A stretch of 64,000 bases of DNA from Nitrosopumilus sp. GTDB taxonomy: Archaea; Thermoproteota; Nitrososphaeria; Nitrososphaerales; Nitrosopumilaceae. Below are positions 41,115-50,986 of this stretch, piece after piece. The translations under genes were made by a program, and so were the position numbers. Below the pieces are notes generated by a model. The model saw only the letters and a list, made by a program, of their open reading frames with translations, was not told the DNA's origin and did not search any database. Within the stretch, counting starts at the first letter, position 1, and every line of letters starts with the position of its first letter. The DNA lies in the NCBI GenBank assembly GCA_963662625.1, contig OY759726.1:992001-1056000 (forward strand), written 5' to 3'.

Positions 41115-41603
41115 TTATATCTCTTGGGGCGCCGGATCCCCGGCGCCCTCCTCCCGCGCCTCGGTGCAGCATTCCCCGAGCGGGATGTCGTGGCCGTGGG
41201 GGCACTTCCTCGGGTGTTTCAGCATGGTGCACAGCGCGTCGGTGAACTGCTTGTTCATGTGGTGCTCGATCCCGCACACCATCTCCTCGTCGATCTCCAC
41301 CTTCAGCGCGCTGTCCATCAGGACCTCCAGCAGCCTGCTGTTCCTCATCATGCTGGAACCGATGCTCTCCCCCTCCCCGGTAAGCGCCACCCCGACCTTG
41401 CTGTAGTTCACCAGGTTCTTGCCGTTCAGCTTCTTCAGCATCTGGACGACGCTCGGCTGCCTGACGTTGAGCATCTTCGCTATGGTGCTGATCTTCACGT
41501 CCTCGCCGCGCTCCTTTATGTGCCATATGGCCTTCAGGTACATCTCGACGTGCTCGGCCTCGGCCGTCCCCACGAAAAGGATCTCCTCGCCTTCCCCGCC
41601 CAT
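41115..41603 (-). CDS. DtxR/MntR family metal-dependent regulator
   Basis: EMYLKAIW, wHTH SVVQMLKKL, CGIEHHM, PRKCPHGHDIP. Confidence 0.92.
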   Translation of the reverse strand: MGGEGEEILFVGTAEAEHVEMYLKAIWHIKERGEDVKISTIAKMLNVRQPSVVQMLKKLNGKNLVNYSKVGVALTGEGESIGSSMMRNSRLLEVLMDSALKVEIDEEMVCGIEHHMNKQFTDALCTMLKHPRKCPHGHDIPLGECCTEAREEGAGDPAPQEI

Positions 41604-41605
41604 GC

Positions 41606-42373
41606 CTACTCCTTCCGCGAGTCTTTTAATAAATATTCAAAGTACTGCCTCGCGAACCCGGCCAGCCCGGCGTGGTCGGCCCAGATGGCTACCATGTCTG
41701 CCGACTCCGCGCCGCCCATCTCCGGCCCCAGCAGGATCACGACGTACCTCTTGTCGGAGATTATCCCGCCGCCGAACAGGCCCTTCTTGATCTTCACGGT
41801 GGCCAGCCTCCTTATGGCCGCGAGCGACTCCCCGTCCATCTTGTCCGAGGTCAGCACCGTTATGTCCACGTCCTTGTCGTGCAGCGATCTCAGCTTCGGC
41901 AGGGCCTGCCTCACCAGCTCCTGGCCGACCTCGGGGAGAGCGATCATCACCTCGTTCCTGCACGAGTCCACCATGTCCAGGATCTTCGCGGCTATGTTCG
42001 TAGCCCCCGACAGCACCCATATGTCCGGCCTCTCGCTGGTCCCGCTCTTCTCGTACAGCGGCACCAGCTCCTTGAGGATCACGCCCCTGTCCTGCGCAAA
42101 GTCGCCCTCCATCTTCTGCCGGGTGGTCTCCAGCCCGGTGGCAGGGGACTTGGCAAAGTACTTGGTGGGCCTCGAGTCGTCGGATCCTATCCACCCCTTC
42201 TCCTCGAGCGCCCCGAGCACCTCGTAGATCTTCGAGTAGGGCACGCCCGACTTCTGGCTCAGGTCGGCCGCAGTCATCTCCCCGGACTTTAGCAGCGACG
42301 TGAACGTCCTTATCTCGTAGCTGGTCAGCCCTATCCTCTCCAGGGACTTTCTCGTCTTGTCCGATATGCTCAT
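41606..42373 (-). CDS. TrmB family transcriptional regulator
   Basis: GLTSYE..SGVPYSKIYEVL..LEEKGW..RPTKY; real start MSISD at 42373 (upstream part of the tracked ORF is antisense to tes). Confidence 0.9.
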   Translation of the reverse strand: MSISDKTRKSLERIGLTSYEIRTFTSLLKSGEMTAADLSQKSGVPYSKIYEVLGALEEKGWIGSDDSRPTKYFAKSPATGLETTRQKMEGDFAQDRGVILKELVPLYEKSGTSERPDIWVLSGATNIAAKILDMVDSCRNEVMIALPEVGQELVRQALPKLRSLHDKDVDITVLTSDKMDGESLAAIRRLATVKIKKGLFGGGIISDKRYVVILLGPEMGGAESADMVAIWADHAGLAGFARQYFEYLLKDSRKE

Positions 42374-42517
42374 CCGATCTAGTCGGCCGGTCTTAGTATT
42401 TAAGCAGGCCGTGGAAGGGGCGCCTCCCCGGGGCGCAGCACGCACGCGTCCTAAATTCCATACGGGGCCAAGTATGAAATTTAATATATAGGGTTTTTTG
42501 AAAACGCCCATATAGCA

Positions 42518-44182
42518 ATGGCACTGATCCAGATATCCAACCAGACGGCCAAGAACCTGGGCAAAAAGTCCACCATCAGGTTCACCCAGAGCATCTGCCC
42601 CGACTGCAACATGATCCTCGACGCGGAGGTATTCGAGAGGGACGGCAGGGTCTACATGTCCAAGGTCTGCCCGACCCACGGCGAGTGCGAGGAGCTGTAC
42701 TTTGGCTCCTACGAGATGTACAAGAAGTTCAGCACGTACTGGATGGACGGGAAGGGCGCCCACGCCCCGAACGTGATGATCGACAAGTGCTCGTGCCCGA
42801 ACAACTGCGGGCTGTGCTCCAACCACCTCTCCCACAGCGGCCTGGCAAACATGATCGTGACCAACAGGTGCGACCTGACGTGCTGGTACTGCTTCTTCTA
42901 CGTCAAGAAGGGACTGGAGGGCGCATACATGTACGAGCCGGACCACACGCAGGTCAGGGCGATGATGAAGACCCTCAGGGCCGAGAGGCCCATACCGGGC
43001 AACTCGATGCAGATCACCGGCGGCGAGCCGATGCTGCGCGACGACATATCCGAGGTAATCAAGATCATGAAGGAGGAGGGCGTCGACCACATCCAGATGA
43101 ACACGAACGGCATCAGGCACGCGATGGATCCGGAGGCCGCTAGGGAGGTGAGGATCGCCGGCTGCAACAACCTGTACCTGAGCTTCGACGGCGTGACCGC
43201 CAGGACGAACCCGAAGAACCACTGGGAGATCCCGTACGCGCTTGACAGCTGCAGGAAGACGGGGACGACGGTCGTCTTCGTGCCGACTGTGATCAAGTCG
43301 ATCAACGACCACGAGCTGGGGGGCATCATCAGGTACGCGCAAAAGAACATGGACGTGGTCCACGCCGTGAACTTCCAGCCAGTCTCGCTGACGGGAAGGA
43401 TGGGCAAGAGCGAGCGCGAAAAGTACAGGATCACCATACCCGACTGCATCCAGAGGATCGAGGAGCAGACCAACGGCGAGGTCACCGTAGACGACTGGTT
43501 CCCGGTCCCGAGCTGCATGCCTCTCACCAACGTGATAGAGGCGTTCTCCAGCAAGCCGAAGTACGAGCTGTCGATCCACTTCGCCTGCGGCGCCGGCACG
43601 TACGTCTTCGAGGACGAGGATACCAAGAAGTTCGTGCCGCTGACAAAGTTCTGCGACATCCAGGGGATGCTGGAGCTGTTCGAGGACAAGGCAGAGGAGA
43701 TCCGCTCAGGCAAGAACAAGTACTTCACCATGCTCGAGGTGGTCAGGAAGCTGAAGGGGTTCGTGGACGCGAAGAAGCAGCCGGCCGGCCTGGACCTGGC
43801 CAAGATGTTCGGGAACATACTGATGAAGAGGTCGTTTGACGCCGTGGGCTCGTGGCACGTGAAGGGCCTGTTCCTCGGCATGATGCACTTTCAGGACAAG
43901 TACAACGAGGATCTCGAGCGCCTGCAGAGGTGCGACATCCATTACCTGACCCCGGATCTCAGGATCGTGCCGTTCTGCGCGTTCAACGTTATCCCGGAGT
44001 GGTACCGCGACAGGATCCAGAAAAAATACTCCATCACGGTCGAGGAATGGGAACAGCGGGAGGGCGTAAAGCTCGAGGACGGCCTGTACCGGGGCCTGAT
44101 GAGGCGCGGCGCGGGCGACGAGCTCGCGGCGGGCTGCGCGAAGAGCCAGATGTTCCACGACGCCTCCCAGGCCGTGATGTAG
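42518..44182 (+). CDS. tes: Tetraether lipid synthase (Tes/GDGT-MAS, MJ0619-family radical SAM)
   Basis: N-terminal CPDC..CPTHG, CPNNCGLC..H, radical SAM CDLTCWYC, NFQPVS..GR, H.ACG, C-terminal RCDIHY..PFCAFN. Confidence 0.85.
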   Translation: MALIQISNQTAKNLGKKSTIRFTQSICPDCNMILDAEVFERDGRVYMSKVCPTHGECEELYFGSYEMYKKFSTYWMDGKGAHAPNVMIDKCSCPNNCGLCSNHLSHSGLANMIVTNRCDLTCWYCFFYVKKGLEGAYMYEPDHTQVRAMMKTLRAERPIPGNSMQITGGEPMLRDDISEVIKIMKEEGVDHIQMNTNGIRHAMDPEAAREVRIAGCNNLYLSFDGVTARTNPKNHWEIPYALDSCRKTGTTVVFVPTVIKSINDHELGGIIRYAQKNMDVVHAVNFQPVSLTGRMGKSEREKYRITIPDCIQRIEEQTNGEVTVDDWFPVPSCMPLTNVIEAFSSKPKYELSIHFACGAGTYVFEDEDTKKFVPLTKFCDIQGMLELFEDKAEEIRSGKNKYFTMLEVVRKLKGFVDAKKQPAGLDLAKMFGNILMKRSFDAVGSWHVKGLFLGMMHFQDKYNEDLERLQRCDIHYLTPDLRIVPFCAFNVIPEWYRDRIQKKYSITVEEWEQREGVKLEDGLYRGLMRRGAGDELAAGCAKSQMFHDASQAVM

Positions 44183-44277
44183 GCAGGCGCAGCGCATTCG
44201 GGCAGGGGCGCCACGTACGGAAAAGGGCCCGGCACGCTCGAAAAGAGTAATAAATTATCCGGCGTCCAGCTAACCCG

Positions 44278-46428
44278 TTGATCCCAAGAACGCAGTCGGC
44301 GACGCGGCGCCCCCCGCACCTGTACCGCCACCTGCTGGTCGCCGCGGTGCTCTGCATCTCGTTTTCAGCCTCGTTCCTCGTGAGATCCCAGCCGGCGGAG
44401 TTCGGGTTCGAGCTGCACGAGTTCGATCCCTTCTTCAACTACCGTGCCACCGGGTTCCTGCTGGAAAACGGCCTCGCCGCGTACCTCGGCTGGCATGACG
44501 ACCTGAGCTGGCACCCGGACGGCAGGGACGTCTCTGCCACGTCCCAGGTCATGCTTCACCTGACGGCGGCGGCGGCCTACCTGGCATTCGGGGCCGGCTC
44601 CGGCCTCTACGACTTTACGATAGTGCTCCCTGCCGTCTTCGGATCCCTCACCACGGTAGTCATATTCGCGCTCGTCCGGGTCATCGCGGGCACCACCGCC
44701 GGCCTCTTCGCGTCGGTGCTCTTTTCGGTGTCGCTCCCGATCGTCCTGCGGGGCTCGCTGGGATGGTTCAAGTCCGAGCCGCTCGGGATCTTTTACGGCC
44801 TGCTGGCCGTATACCTGTTCCTGAGCGGGATGCGGGCCGGCGGGGGTAGGGACGCCCTGCCAAGGATGGCCGGAGGGGGGGTAGTCCTGGGCTTCGGCCT
44901 GGCCTCGTGGGGCGGCATACAGTTCTTCGTCCTGCCGCTGGGCGTGTTCCTCCTGGCGCTCCCGTTTATCAGGAGGGACGGCCGGGCCCCTGCCGCTGGC
45001 ATCGCCGCGTTCGTCGCCGCATTCCTGCTGACCGCGCTGCTGTTCGAGAGGCCGGGCCCGGGCTTTGTACTCGGACTGGGGGGGTTCGCGCTGATGGTGC
45101 CCGCGGCATTCCTTGCCGCGTGCACCGCCATCCGGAGGGCCTCCCGGCGGGGGGGCGGGACCCGGAACTGCCTGGTGCTGCTGCTCGCCGTGCTCCTCTC
45201 GGGATCCGTCCTGATCGCGGTCAACGAGCACGCCCAGTTCATGCAGCTGCCCAACTTCCGCTACCTCAACGCCCTGAACCCGTTCCTCACAGCCACGAAC
45301 CCCCTGACCGACTCGGTCTCCGAGCACACCCCCACGAGCATCCAGGAGTCTTTCTTCTTCCACTCCGTGCTGATGATCTTCGCGGCGCTGGGGGCGTGGC
45401 TGGTCTTCAGGGACGCCGGCGGCCCGGGGCGGCCGCCGGCCGACATGGCCGCCTTTGCCCTGATAATGGGGATGTCCGGGGTCTACGTGAGCTCGGCCTT
45501 CATCCGGCTGGAGGTATTCGCGTCGATATCCGTGATAATCCTCTCGTCGATCGGGCTGTCCGTCCTGCTGCGGGAGGTCTTCGGCAACAGGTCGCTGGGG
45601 GCCCCGGCCAACGCCGTGAGAAACGCTGCCGTAAAGAACTCGTTTTTCGCGGCGATCGTGTTCCTGCTGATCGTCCCTTTCCTGATGCCCGCCGGCGCGA
45701 ACTGGATGGCCCTGACTGCCTCCCCGCCCACGATCCTCAACGGCGGGACATTTTATTCGGTCGGGACGGACGACTGGCTGGAGTCGCTGGAATGGATAAG
45801 GGACAACACCCCAGAGGACTCTGTGGTGGCCGCGTGGTGGGACTATGGCTACTGGATAAGCACGATGTCTGAACGGGCCACCCTGGCAGACAACGCCACG
45901 ATCGACTCGGGGCAGATCGAGAGGCTGGCAAGGATGTTCCTGAGCACCCCAGACGCCGGCTGGCAGATGCTGCAGGACATGGACGCGGACTACGTGGTGG
46001 TCTTCGTGGCCGGCGAGCGGCTGGCCACCGCCTCCGACGAGCCGCTCTACGTCCTGGAAGGGGGAGGGGACGAGTCAAAGAAGCAGTGGTTCATGAGGAT
46101 AGCCGGGGAGCCGGTGACCAAGTACCTGCACCCCGACGGCGAGACCGCCACCGACTACTTCTGGGACAGGACCCTCCTGGGGCGGCTCTTCCCGTTCTCC
46201 CCGCTGGGGTACGTGTATTTCGAGGACGGCGTGCAGTCGCGCAGCTACCTGCCCGGTCTGTCTGCCGTCTACGCCGAGGACGTAAAGTATCCCGAGGGAG
46301 GGCATGACGCGCCGTTCAGGCTGGTCCACGCGTCGCCGGGCTACCACGACGGGAGGCCCGGCCCGATGCTGGGGGTCTTCGTCTACGAGATCAACCACGG
46401 CTACGTGCCCGGCCGCGCCCCCGGCTGA
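44278..46428 (+). CDS. aglB: Oligosaccharyltransferase AglB (STT3)
   Basis: EFDPFFNYR, many TM helices, SVSEH, WWDYGYWI, DNAT. Confidence 0.93.
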   Translation: MIPRTQSATRRPPHLYRHLLVAAVLCISFSASFLVRSQPAEFGFELHEFDPFFNYRATGFLLENGLAAYLGWHDDLSWHPDGRDVSATSQVMLHLTAAAAYLAFGAGSGLYDFTIVLPAVFGSLTTVVIFALVRVIAGTTAGLFASVLFSVSLPIVLRGSLGWFKSEPLGIFYGLLAVYLFLSGMRAGGGRDALPRMAGGGVVLGFGLASWGGIQFFVLPLGVFLLALPFIRRDGRAPAAGIAAFVAAFLLTALLFERPGPGFVLGLGGFALMVPAAFLAACTAIRRASRRGGGTRNCLVLLLAVLLSGSVLIAVNEHAQFMQLPNFRYLNALNPFLTATNPLTDSVSEHTPTSIQESFFFHSVLMIFAALGAWLVFRDAGGPGRPPADMAAFALIMGMSGVYVSSAFIRLEVFASISVIILSSIGLSVLLREVFGNRSLGAPANAVRNAAVKNSFFAAIVFLLIVPFLMPAGANWMALTASPPTILNGGTFYSVGTDDWLESLEWIRDNTPEDSVVAAWWDYGYWISTMSERATLADNATIDSGQIERLARMFLSTPDAGWQMLQDMDADYVVVFVAGERLATASDEPLYVLEGGGDESKKQWFMRIAGEPVTKYLHPDGETATDYFWDRTLLGRLFPFSPLGYVYFEDGVQSRSYLPGLSAVYAEDVKYPEGGHDAPFRLVHASPGYHDGRPGPMLGVFVYEINHGYVPGRAPG

Positions 46429-47185
46429 CCCGGCCCCTCCCCGCGAACTCGTCGTTGATGCGGCCTATCTCGTAAAGCCGGGCCTCCCCAGCAAGCTCCA
46501 GGTTGGGGATCACGCAGTGCCCCCCTATGACCCCCGGAAACATCTTCGGCCTGTTGCCCAGGTACCTGTGGATCTCGTCGGAGAACCCCCACATCTCGTC
46601 ATAGTCCACGCCGTGCCTGTCTGCGATCATCTTGCTCAGCTGCGCGTAGTTGATCAGCCAGCCGTAGTAGCTCGTGTCGACGACCAGCTTTGCCAGTTCC
46701 AGCGTGACCGGGCTTGACATCCTCCTGGCCCTCACACCGCATTTCCTCATCAGCCCGGCAAACGCGGACGCCGCCCACCTAGATCTCGGCGCGCCGTCCT
46801 CCAGGGCGTAGTATTTCGTGTACCTCCTGAGGTCCTTCATCATGCGCCCGTGCACCCCCCTGGTCGCGCTGTACACCACCGGGACCGGCAGCGCCCCCTG
46901 GAGCCCCGCGGTGGTGTTGGGGGGAACAGTGCTGTGGATCACCACGGCCTCGGGATCGAACATGCCGTACAGCTCCTCCACGTCGCGCGCAAAGCCCCCG
47001 GAAAACGGCAGGCACACGTGCAGCATCTCCGTCGCGAGGCCCCCGTACCTTGCCAGCCGCCCGCCGCTCGACAGAGCCGGGTCCGTGTCGTAGCCCGCCG
47101 CCACGCACTGCCCAGAGATCAGCCTCAGGATCGGCCCCCCGATCTCCCCCAGGCCGGCGACGACGTTCTTCTTCGGCCTTCCCAT
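46391..47185 (-). CDS. Short UDP-glucose/GDP-mannose dehydrogenase-family protein
   Basis: GLGEIG, IHSTVPP, ELAKLV, IGGHCVIPN. Confidence 0.8.
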   Translation of the reverse strand: MGRPKKNVVAGLGEIGGPILRLISGQCVAAGYDTDPALSSGGRLARYGGLATEMLHVCLPFSGGFARDVEELYGMFDPEAVVIHSTVPPNTTAGLQGALPVPVVYSATRGVHGRMMKDLRRYTKYYALEDGAPRSRWAASAFAGLMRKCGVRARRMSSPVTLELAKLVVDTSYYGWLINYAQLSKMIADRHGVDYDEMWGFSDEIHRYLGNRPKMFPGVIGGHCVIPNLELAGEARLYEIGRINDEFAGRGRVSRGRGRARSRG

Positions 47186-47280
47186 ACGTGAACCTTGGGC
47201 CGCCGATGATGAAAGCGTATCGGTCGGGGGCCAGCCGGCCCGCGTGCAAGAGTTTTATCCTGAATTTTTGCAACCCTGCC

Positions 47281-48351
47281 ATGCGCATACTGCAGGCCGG
47301 CAACCCGAACTTCGGGTACGTCATGGCAAGGGAGCTCAGGAAGAGGGGGGTGGAGGCCGACCTCCTAGTCTCGCGCCAGGCCGTCACCGGCCCCGACCTT
47401 TCCATCAACGACCCGACGAGCCACGACCCGGGCGCCGGCGCCTGCCCCGACTGGGTGATCTTCTACGACCGCGACGGCACGGGCAAGACCGCCCGGGTCA
47501 TCCGGGCGATGAAAGGGTACGACTTGGTCTCCGCGTACAACACGCTGCCCATCCACGCCATGCTCTCGGGCAGGCCCTACGTAGCGGTGACCGGCGGGGA
47601 CGAGCTCCGCAGGAAGGCGTTCGAGCGGTCGGTGACGGGGTACCTGCTACGCAGGGCGTACAGGAAGGCAGACAGGCTGGTCTACACGTGGCCCGTGGCA
47701 AAGCCCTACGTGGAGAGGCTGGGGCTGGACGGCGCGGTGTTCATCCCGCGCACCTGGGACGCCGGGCGCTTTGTAAGGCGGGGCAGCCCGCCCGGCGACG
47801 GCCCGCTGCGCATATTCATGCCCACTGCACAGCTGTGGGACCTGAAGGGAAACGACAAGTTCCTCAGGGCGTTTGCCAGGCTGTGCGCCGAGGGCAGGGA
47901 CGTGTTCCTGTACTGCGTGGACTGGGGGCGGGACTCGGGCAGGGCCAGGGAACTGCTGGCAAGGCCAGAGTGCGCGAGGCGCACGGAGCTGGTCCCGGGC
48001 CCCGTGTCACGGGACGCGATGGCAGGCTACATGGAGAAATCGCACGTGCTGGCAGACCAGTTCAACACGGGCTCCTTTACCCGCGTGGGGATCGAGGCGT
48101 TCCACTTTGGGATCCCGGTCATGGTCAAACTCGACGAGCGGCTGTACGTGGAGGCGCACGGGGACCTCCCGTCGGTGCTGCAGTGCGGCACCGAGGAGGA
48201 GATCTACGGGCGGATCGAATGGGCGCTCGGGGACAGGGGAGGCCTGGGGAGGATGGGAGACGATTCCAGGCGGTGGGCGGCCAGGCACTTCGACCTGCAG
48301 AAAAATATTGACAGACATGTAGAACTTTATCAAGGGATTCTTAAAAAATGA
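47281..48351 (+). CDS. GT4-like glycosyltransferase, copy 1
   Basis: GT-B layout, KGND, ADQFNTGSF..GIEAF..GIPV; ATG at 47281. Confidence 0.85.
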   Translation: MRILQAGNPNFGYVMARELRKRGVEADLLVSRQAVTGPDLSINDPTSHDPGAGACPDWVIFYDRDGTGKTARVIRAMKGYDLVSAYNTLPIHAMLSGRPYVAVTGGDELRRKAFERSVTGYLLRRAYRKADRLVYTWPVAKPYVERLGLDGAVFIPRTWDAGRFVRRGSPPGDGPLRIFMPTAQLWDLKGNDKFLRAFARLCAEGRDVFLYCVDWGRDSGRARELLARPECARRTELVPGPVSRDAMAGYMEKSHVLADQFNTGSFTRVGIEAFHFGIPVMVKLDERLYVEAHGDLPSVLQCGTEEEIYGRIEWALGDRGGLGRMGDDSRRWAARHFDLQKNIDRHVELYQGILKK

Positions 48352-48369
48352 CGGGGGATAGCAAAGCAC

Positions 48370-48795
48370 ATGACCGTAGCCGGCAACTGGGCCCGCAGGC
48401 GCTGGTTGAACTTCCGGCAGGGCCACAGCTACTACCTGATCTTCGCCATGTCATTTGCCAACTTCATCCTGATCGCGTACCGCCTCCTGGTGGAGCGCGT
48501 GGACGCGCTCAACGAGCTGTTCTCGAGCCTGTGGCTGTTCGTGGCAGCCTTCATCGCGCTGTACGTTCCCGCGGCAATACTGATCGGGCACTGGCACCAC
48601 AAGACGCAGGTCAAGATTGAGACCGAGCTGTGGCACAACCAGGATCCCGTCATGGCGCGGTGGTTCCGGCTGCTGATCGACATGCAGGCCGGCAGGGCCA
48701 CGCAGGAGGAGATTGCCGAGACCCGCGACTTCCTGAAATCGATAGAGGACGGAAAAAACTACAAGGAGTTAGCGGGCGACAAGGACAACCCATGA
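48370..48795 (+). CDS. Two-TM hypothetical membrane protein
   Basis: FRQGHSYYLIF.. two hydrophobic helices; lies in the operon between GT copy 1 and wecB. Confidence 0.75.
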   Translation: MTVAGNWARRRWLNFRQGHSYYLIFAMSFANFILIAYRLLVERVDALNELFSSLWLFVAAFIALYVPAAILIGHWHHKTQVKIETELWHNQDPVMARWFRLLIDMQAGRATQEEIAETRDFLKSIEDGKNYKELAGDKDNP

Positions 48796-49853
48796 CGATA
48801 CGAGACGCCGTGGTCGTGGTGGGTACCCGGCCCCAGACCATAAAGTCGTACCCGCTGGTCAAGGCACTGCGCAGGCACGGGTTCGGGGTGGACGTGATCA
48901 ACACCGGGCAGCACTCCGACTACCTGATGTCCGGGCTGTTCTTCCGCAACCTCGCCGCCGCGAGGCCCGCAAGGAACCTGGGGGTGGGGCCGGGGACCCC
49001 GGGCGAGCAGCTCTCCCGGGCCATCCCGAAACTGGAGGCAGCCTTCCGGAGGGCGGGGCCGGATCTAGTGATTGCGCCCGGGGACACCACCTCCGCGCTT
49101 GCCACCGCCGTCGCTGCCTCAAAATGCGGCATCCTGCTGGCCCATCTGGAGGCAGGCGGCAGGGGCGTCCACGCGGGGATGCAGGAAGAGATCAACAGGA
49201 GGATGATAGACCACTCGTCTGACATCCTGTTCGCGCCTACCCGGGGCTGGGCAGACAACCTGGAGGCCGAACGCGTCCCCGGCGACGCCTACTTTGCGGG
49301 CGACACCATGTACGACCTCTTCCTGGAGGAGCGCGGGGCCGCCCCCGGGCCGGCCGGGGCCCCGCCCGTCCCGGGCAGGGTGCTGGTGACCATCCACCGC
49401 GCCGAGAAGATCGAGGAGAGGGGCCGCCTGGCGGGGGTCTGCGGCTTTCTGGACTCGCTGTGCGCGGCCGGGCTCGATCTGGTGTTCCCGGTCCACCCCC
49501 ACACCCGGAAGATGCTGGCCGAGTTCGGCCTCCGGCCCGACGCCAGGATGGTCGACCCGGTGGACCACGCCACGATGATGGGGCTGGTGGAACAGTCGTC
49601 ACTCGTGGTCACCGACTCCGGCGGACTGCAGAAGGAGGCGTACTGGATGTCCAGGCCGTGCATCGCGGTCCACGAGACCTTCGAGTGGAAGGAACTGGTG
49701 GACGAGCGCGCCAACTTTCCAATGTGGCCCGGCAGGCCCATGCCGGCATCCAGGGCCAAAAGGATCGCGAGGGCCTCGTTTGAGCCAAAGCCGTCCATCT
49801 TCGGATCCGGGAACGCCTCCGAGAGGATATGCGAGATACTCGGGGAATACTGA
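48792..49853 (+). CDS. wecB: UDP-N-acetylglucosamine 2-epimerase family protein
   Basis: GTRPQTIK, TGQH, GDT, HLEAG, EEINR, TIHRAE, TDSGGLQKEA. Confidence 0.9.
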   Translation: MTIRDAVVVVGTRPQTIKSYPLVKALRRHGFGVDVINTGQHSDYLMSGLFFRNLAAARPARNLGVGPGTPGEQLSRAIPKLEAAFRRAGPDLVIAPGDTTSALATAVAASKCGILLAHLEAGGRGVHAGMQEEINRRMIDHSSDILFAPTRGWADNLEAERVPGDAYFAGDTMYDLFLEERGAAPGPAGAPPVPGRVLVTIHRAEKIEERGRLAGVCGFLDSLCAAGLDLVFPVHPHTRKMLAEFGLRPDARMVDPVDHATMMGLVEQSSLVVTDSGGLQKEAYWMSRPCIAVHETFEWKELVDERANFPMWPGRPMPASRAKRIARASFEPKPSIFGSGNASERICEILGEY

Positions 49854-49895
49854 CCTCCTGACAACCGTTTTATGTAAACGCGGCCCCATCTGCCC

Positions 49896-50981
49896 ATGCG
49901 CATACTGCAGGCCGGCAACCCGAACTTCGGGTACGTCATGGCAAGGGAGCTCAGGAAGAGGGGGGTGGAGGCCGACCTCCTGGTATCGAGGTCCAGCATG
50001 TCCGGCACCGGGGCGTACGGCACCCCGGCGTCCGTAAACGACCCGATGAGCCACGACCCGGGCGCCGGCGCCTACCCCGACTGGGTGATCTTCTACGACA
50101 TACACAAGAGGGGCAGGGCCCTGCAGGTCTCGAACCTCCTGAAAAAATACGACGTCATCGAGGCCTACCAGGCCACCCCCATCCACGCCATGCTCTCGGG
50201 CAGGCCCTACGTAGCGGTGACCGGCGGGGACGAGCTCCGCAGGAAGGCGTTCGAGCGGTCGGTGACGGGGTACCTGCTACGCAGGGCGTACAGGAAGGCA
50301 GACAGGCTGGTCTACACGTGGCCCGTGGCAAAGCCCTACGTGGAGAGGCTGGGGCTGGACGGCGCGGTGTTCATCCCGCGCACCTGGGACGCCGGGCGCT
50401 TTGTAAGGCGGGGCAGCCCGCCCGGCGACGGCCCGCTGCGCATATTCATGCCCACTGCACAGCTGTGGGACCTGAAGGGAAACGACAAGTTCCTCAGGGC
50501 GTTTGCCAGGCTGTGCGCCGAGGGCAGGGACGTGTTCCTGTACTGCGTGGACTGGGGGCGGGACTCGGGCAGGGCCAGGGAACTGCTGGCAAGGCCAGAG
50601 TGCGCGAGGCGCACGGAGCTGGTCCCGGGCCCCGTGTCACGGGACGCGATGGCAGGCTACATGGAGAAATCGCACGTGCTGGCAGACCAGTTCAACACGG
50701 GCTCCTTTACCCGCGTGGGGATCGAGGCGTTCCACTTTGGGATCCCGGTCATGGTCAACCTCGACGAGCGGCTGTACGTGGAGGCGCACGGGGACCTCCC
50801 GTCGGTGCTGCAGTGCGGCACCGAGGAGGAGATCTACGGGCGGATCGAATGGGCGCTCGGGGACAGGGGAGGCCTGGGGAGGATGGGAGACGATTCCAGG
50901 CGGTGGGCGGCCAGGCACTTCGACCTGCAGAAAAACGTCGACAGGCACGTGGAACTCTGCCAGGAGATCCTCCGGAGGTAG
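49896..50981 (+). CDS. GT4-like glycosyltransferase, copy 2
   Basis: Paralogue of 47281-48351; 50178-50935 matches 47548-48305 except for one base seen. Confidence 0.85.
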   Translation: MRILQAGNPNFGYVMARELRKRGVEADLLVSRSSMSGTGAYGTPASVNDPMSHDPGAGAYPDWVIFYDIHKRGRALQVSNLLKKYDVIEAYQATPIHAMLSGRPYVAVTGGDELRRKAFERSVTGYLLRRAYRKADRLVYTWPVAKPYVERLGLDGAVFIPRTWDAGRFVRRGSPPGDGPLRIFMPTAQLWDLKGNDKFLRAFARLCAEGRDVFLYCVDWGRDSGRARELLARPECARRTELVPGPVSRDAMAGYMEKSHVLADQFNTGSFTRVGIEAFHFGIPVMVNLDERLYVEAHGDLPSVLQCGTEEEIYGRIEWALGDRGGLGRMGDDSRRWAARHFDLQKNVDRHVELCQEILRR

Positions 50982-50986
50982 GCAGG

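Noticed and set aside
42374-43579. Large N-terminal extension of the TrmB ORF (657 aa)
   Set aside because: It lies antisense to tes; the true start MSISD at 42373 has an AT-rich TATA-like element upstream.
42518-44182. Radical SAM as a RiPP maturase or methanopterin methyltransferase
   Set aside because: The motif set matches the Tes/MJ0619 tetraether synthase family, expected in GDGT-producing archaea; not novel.
47281-50981. Diversity-generating retroelement TR/VR pair
   Set aside because: No reverse transcriptase in the window, both copies are full genes, and divergent blocks include an indel and non-adenine changes.
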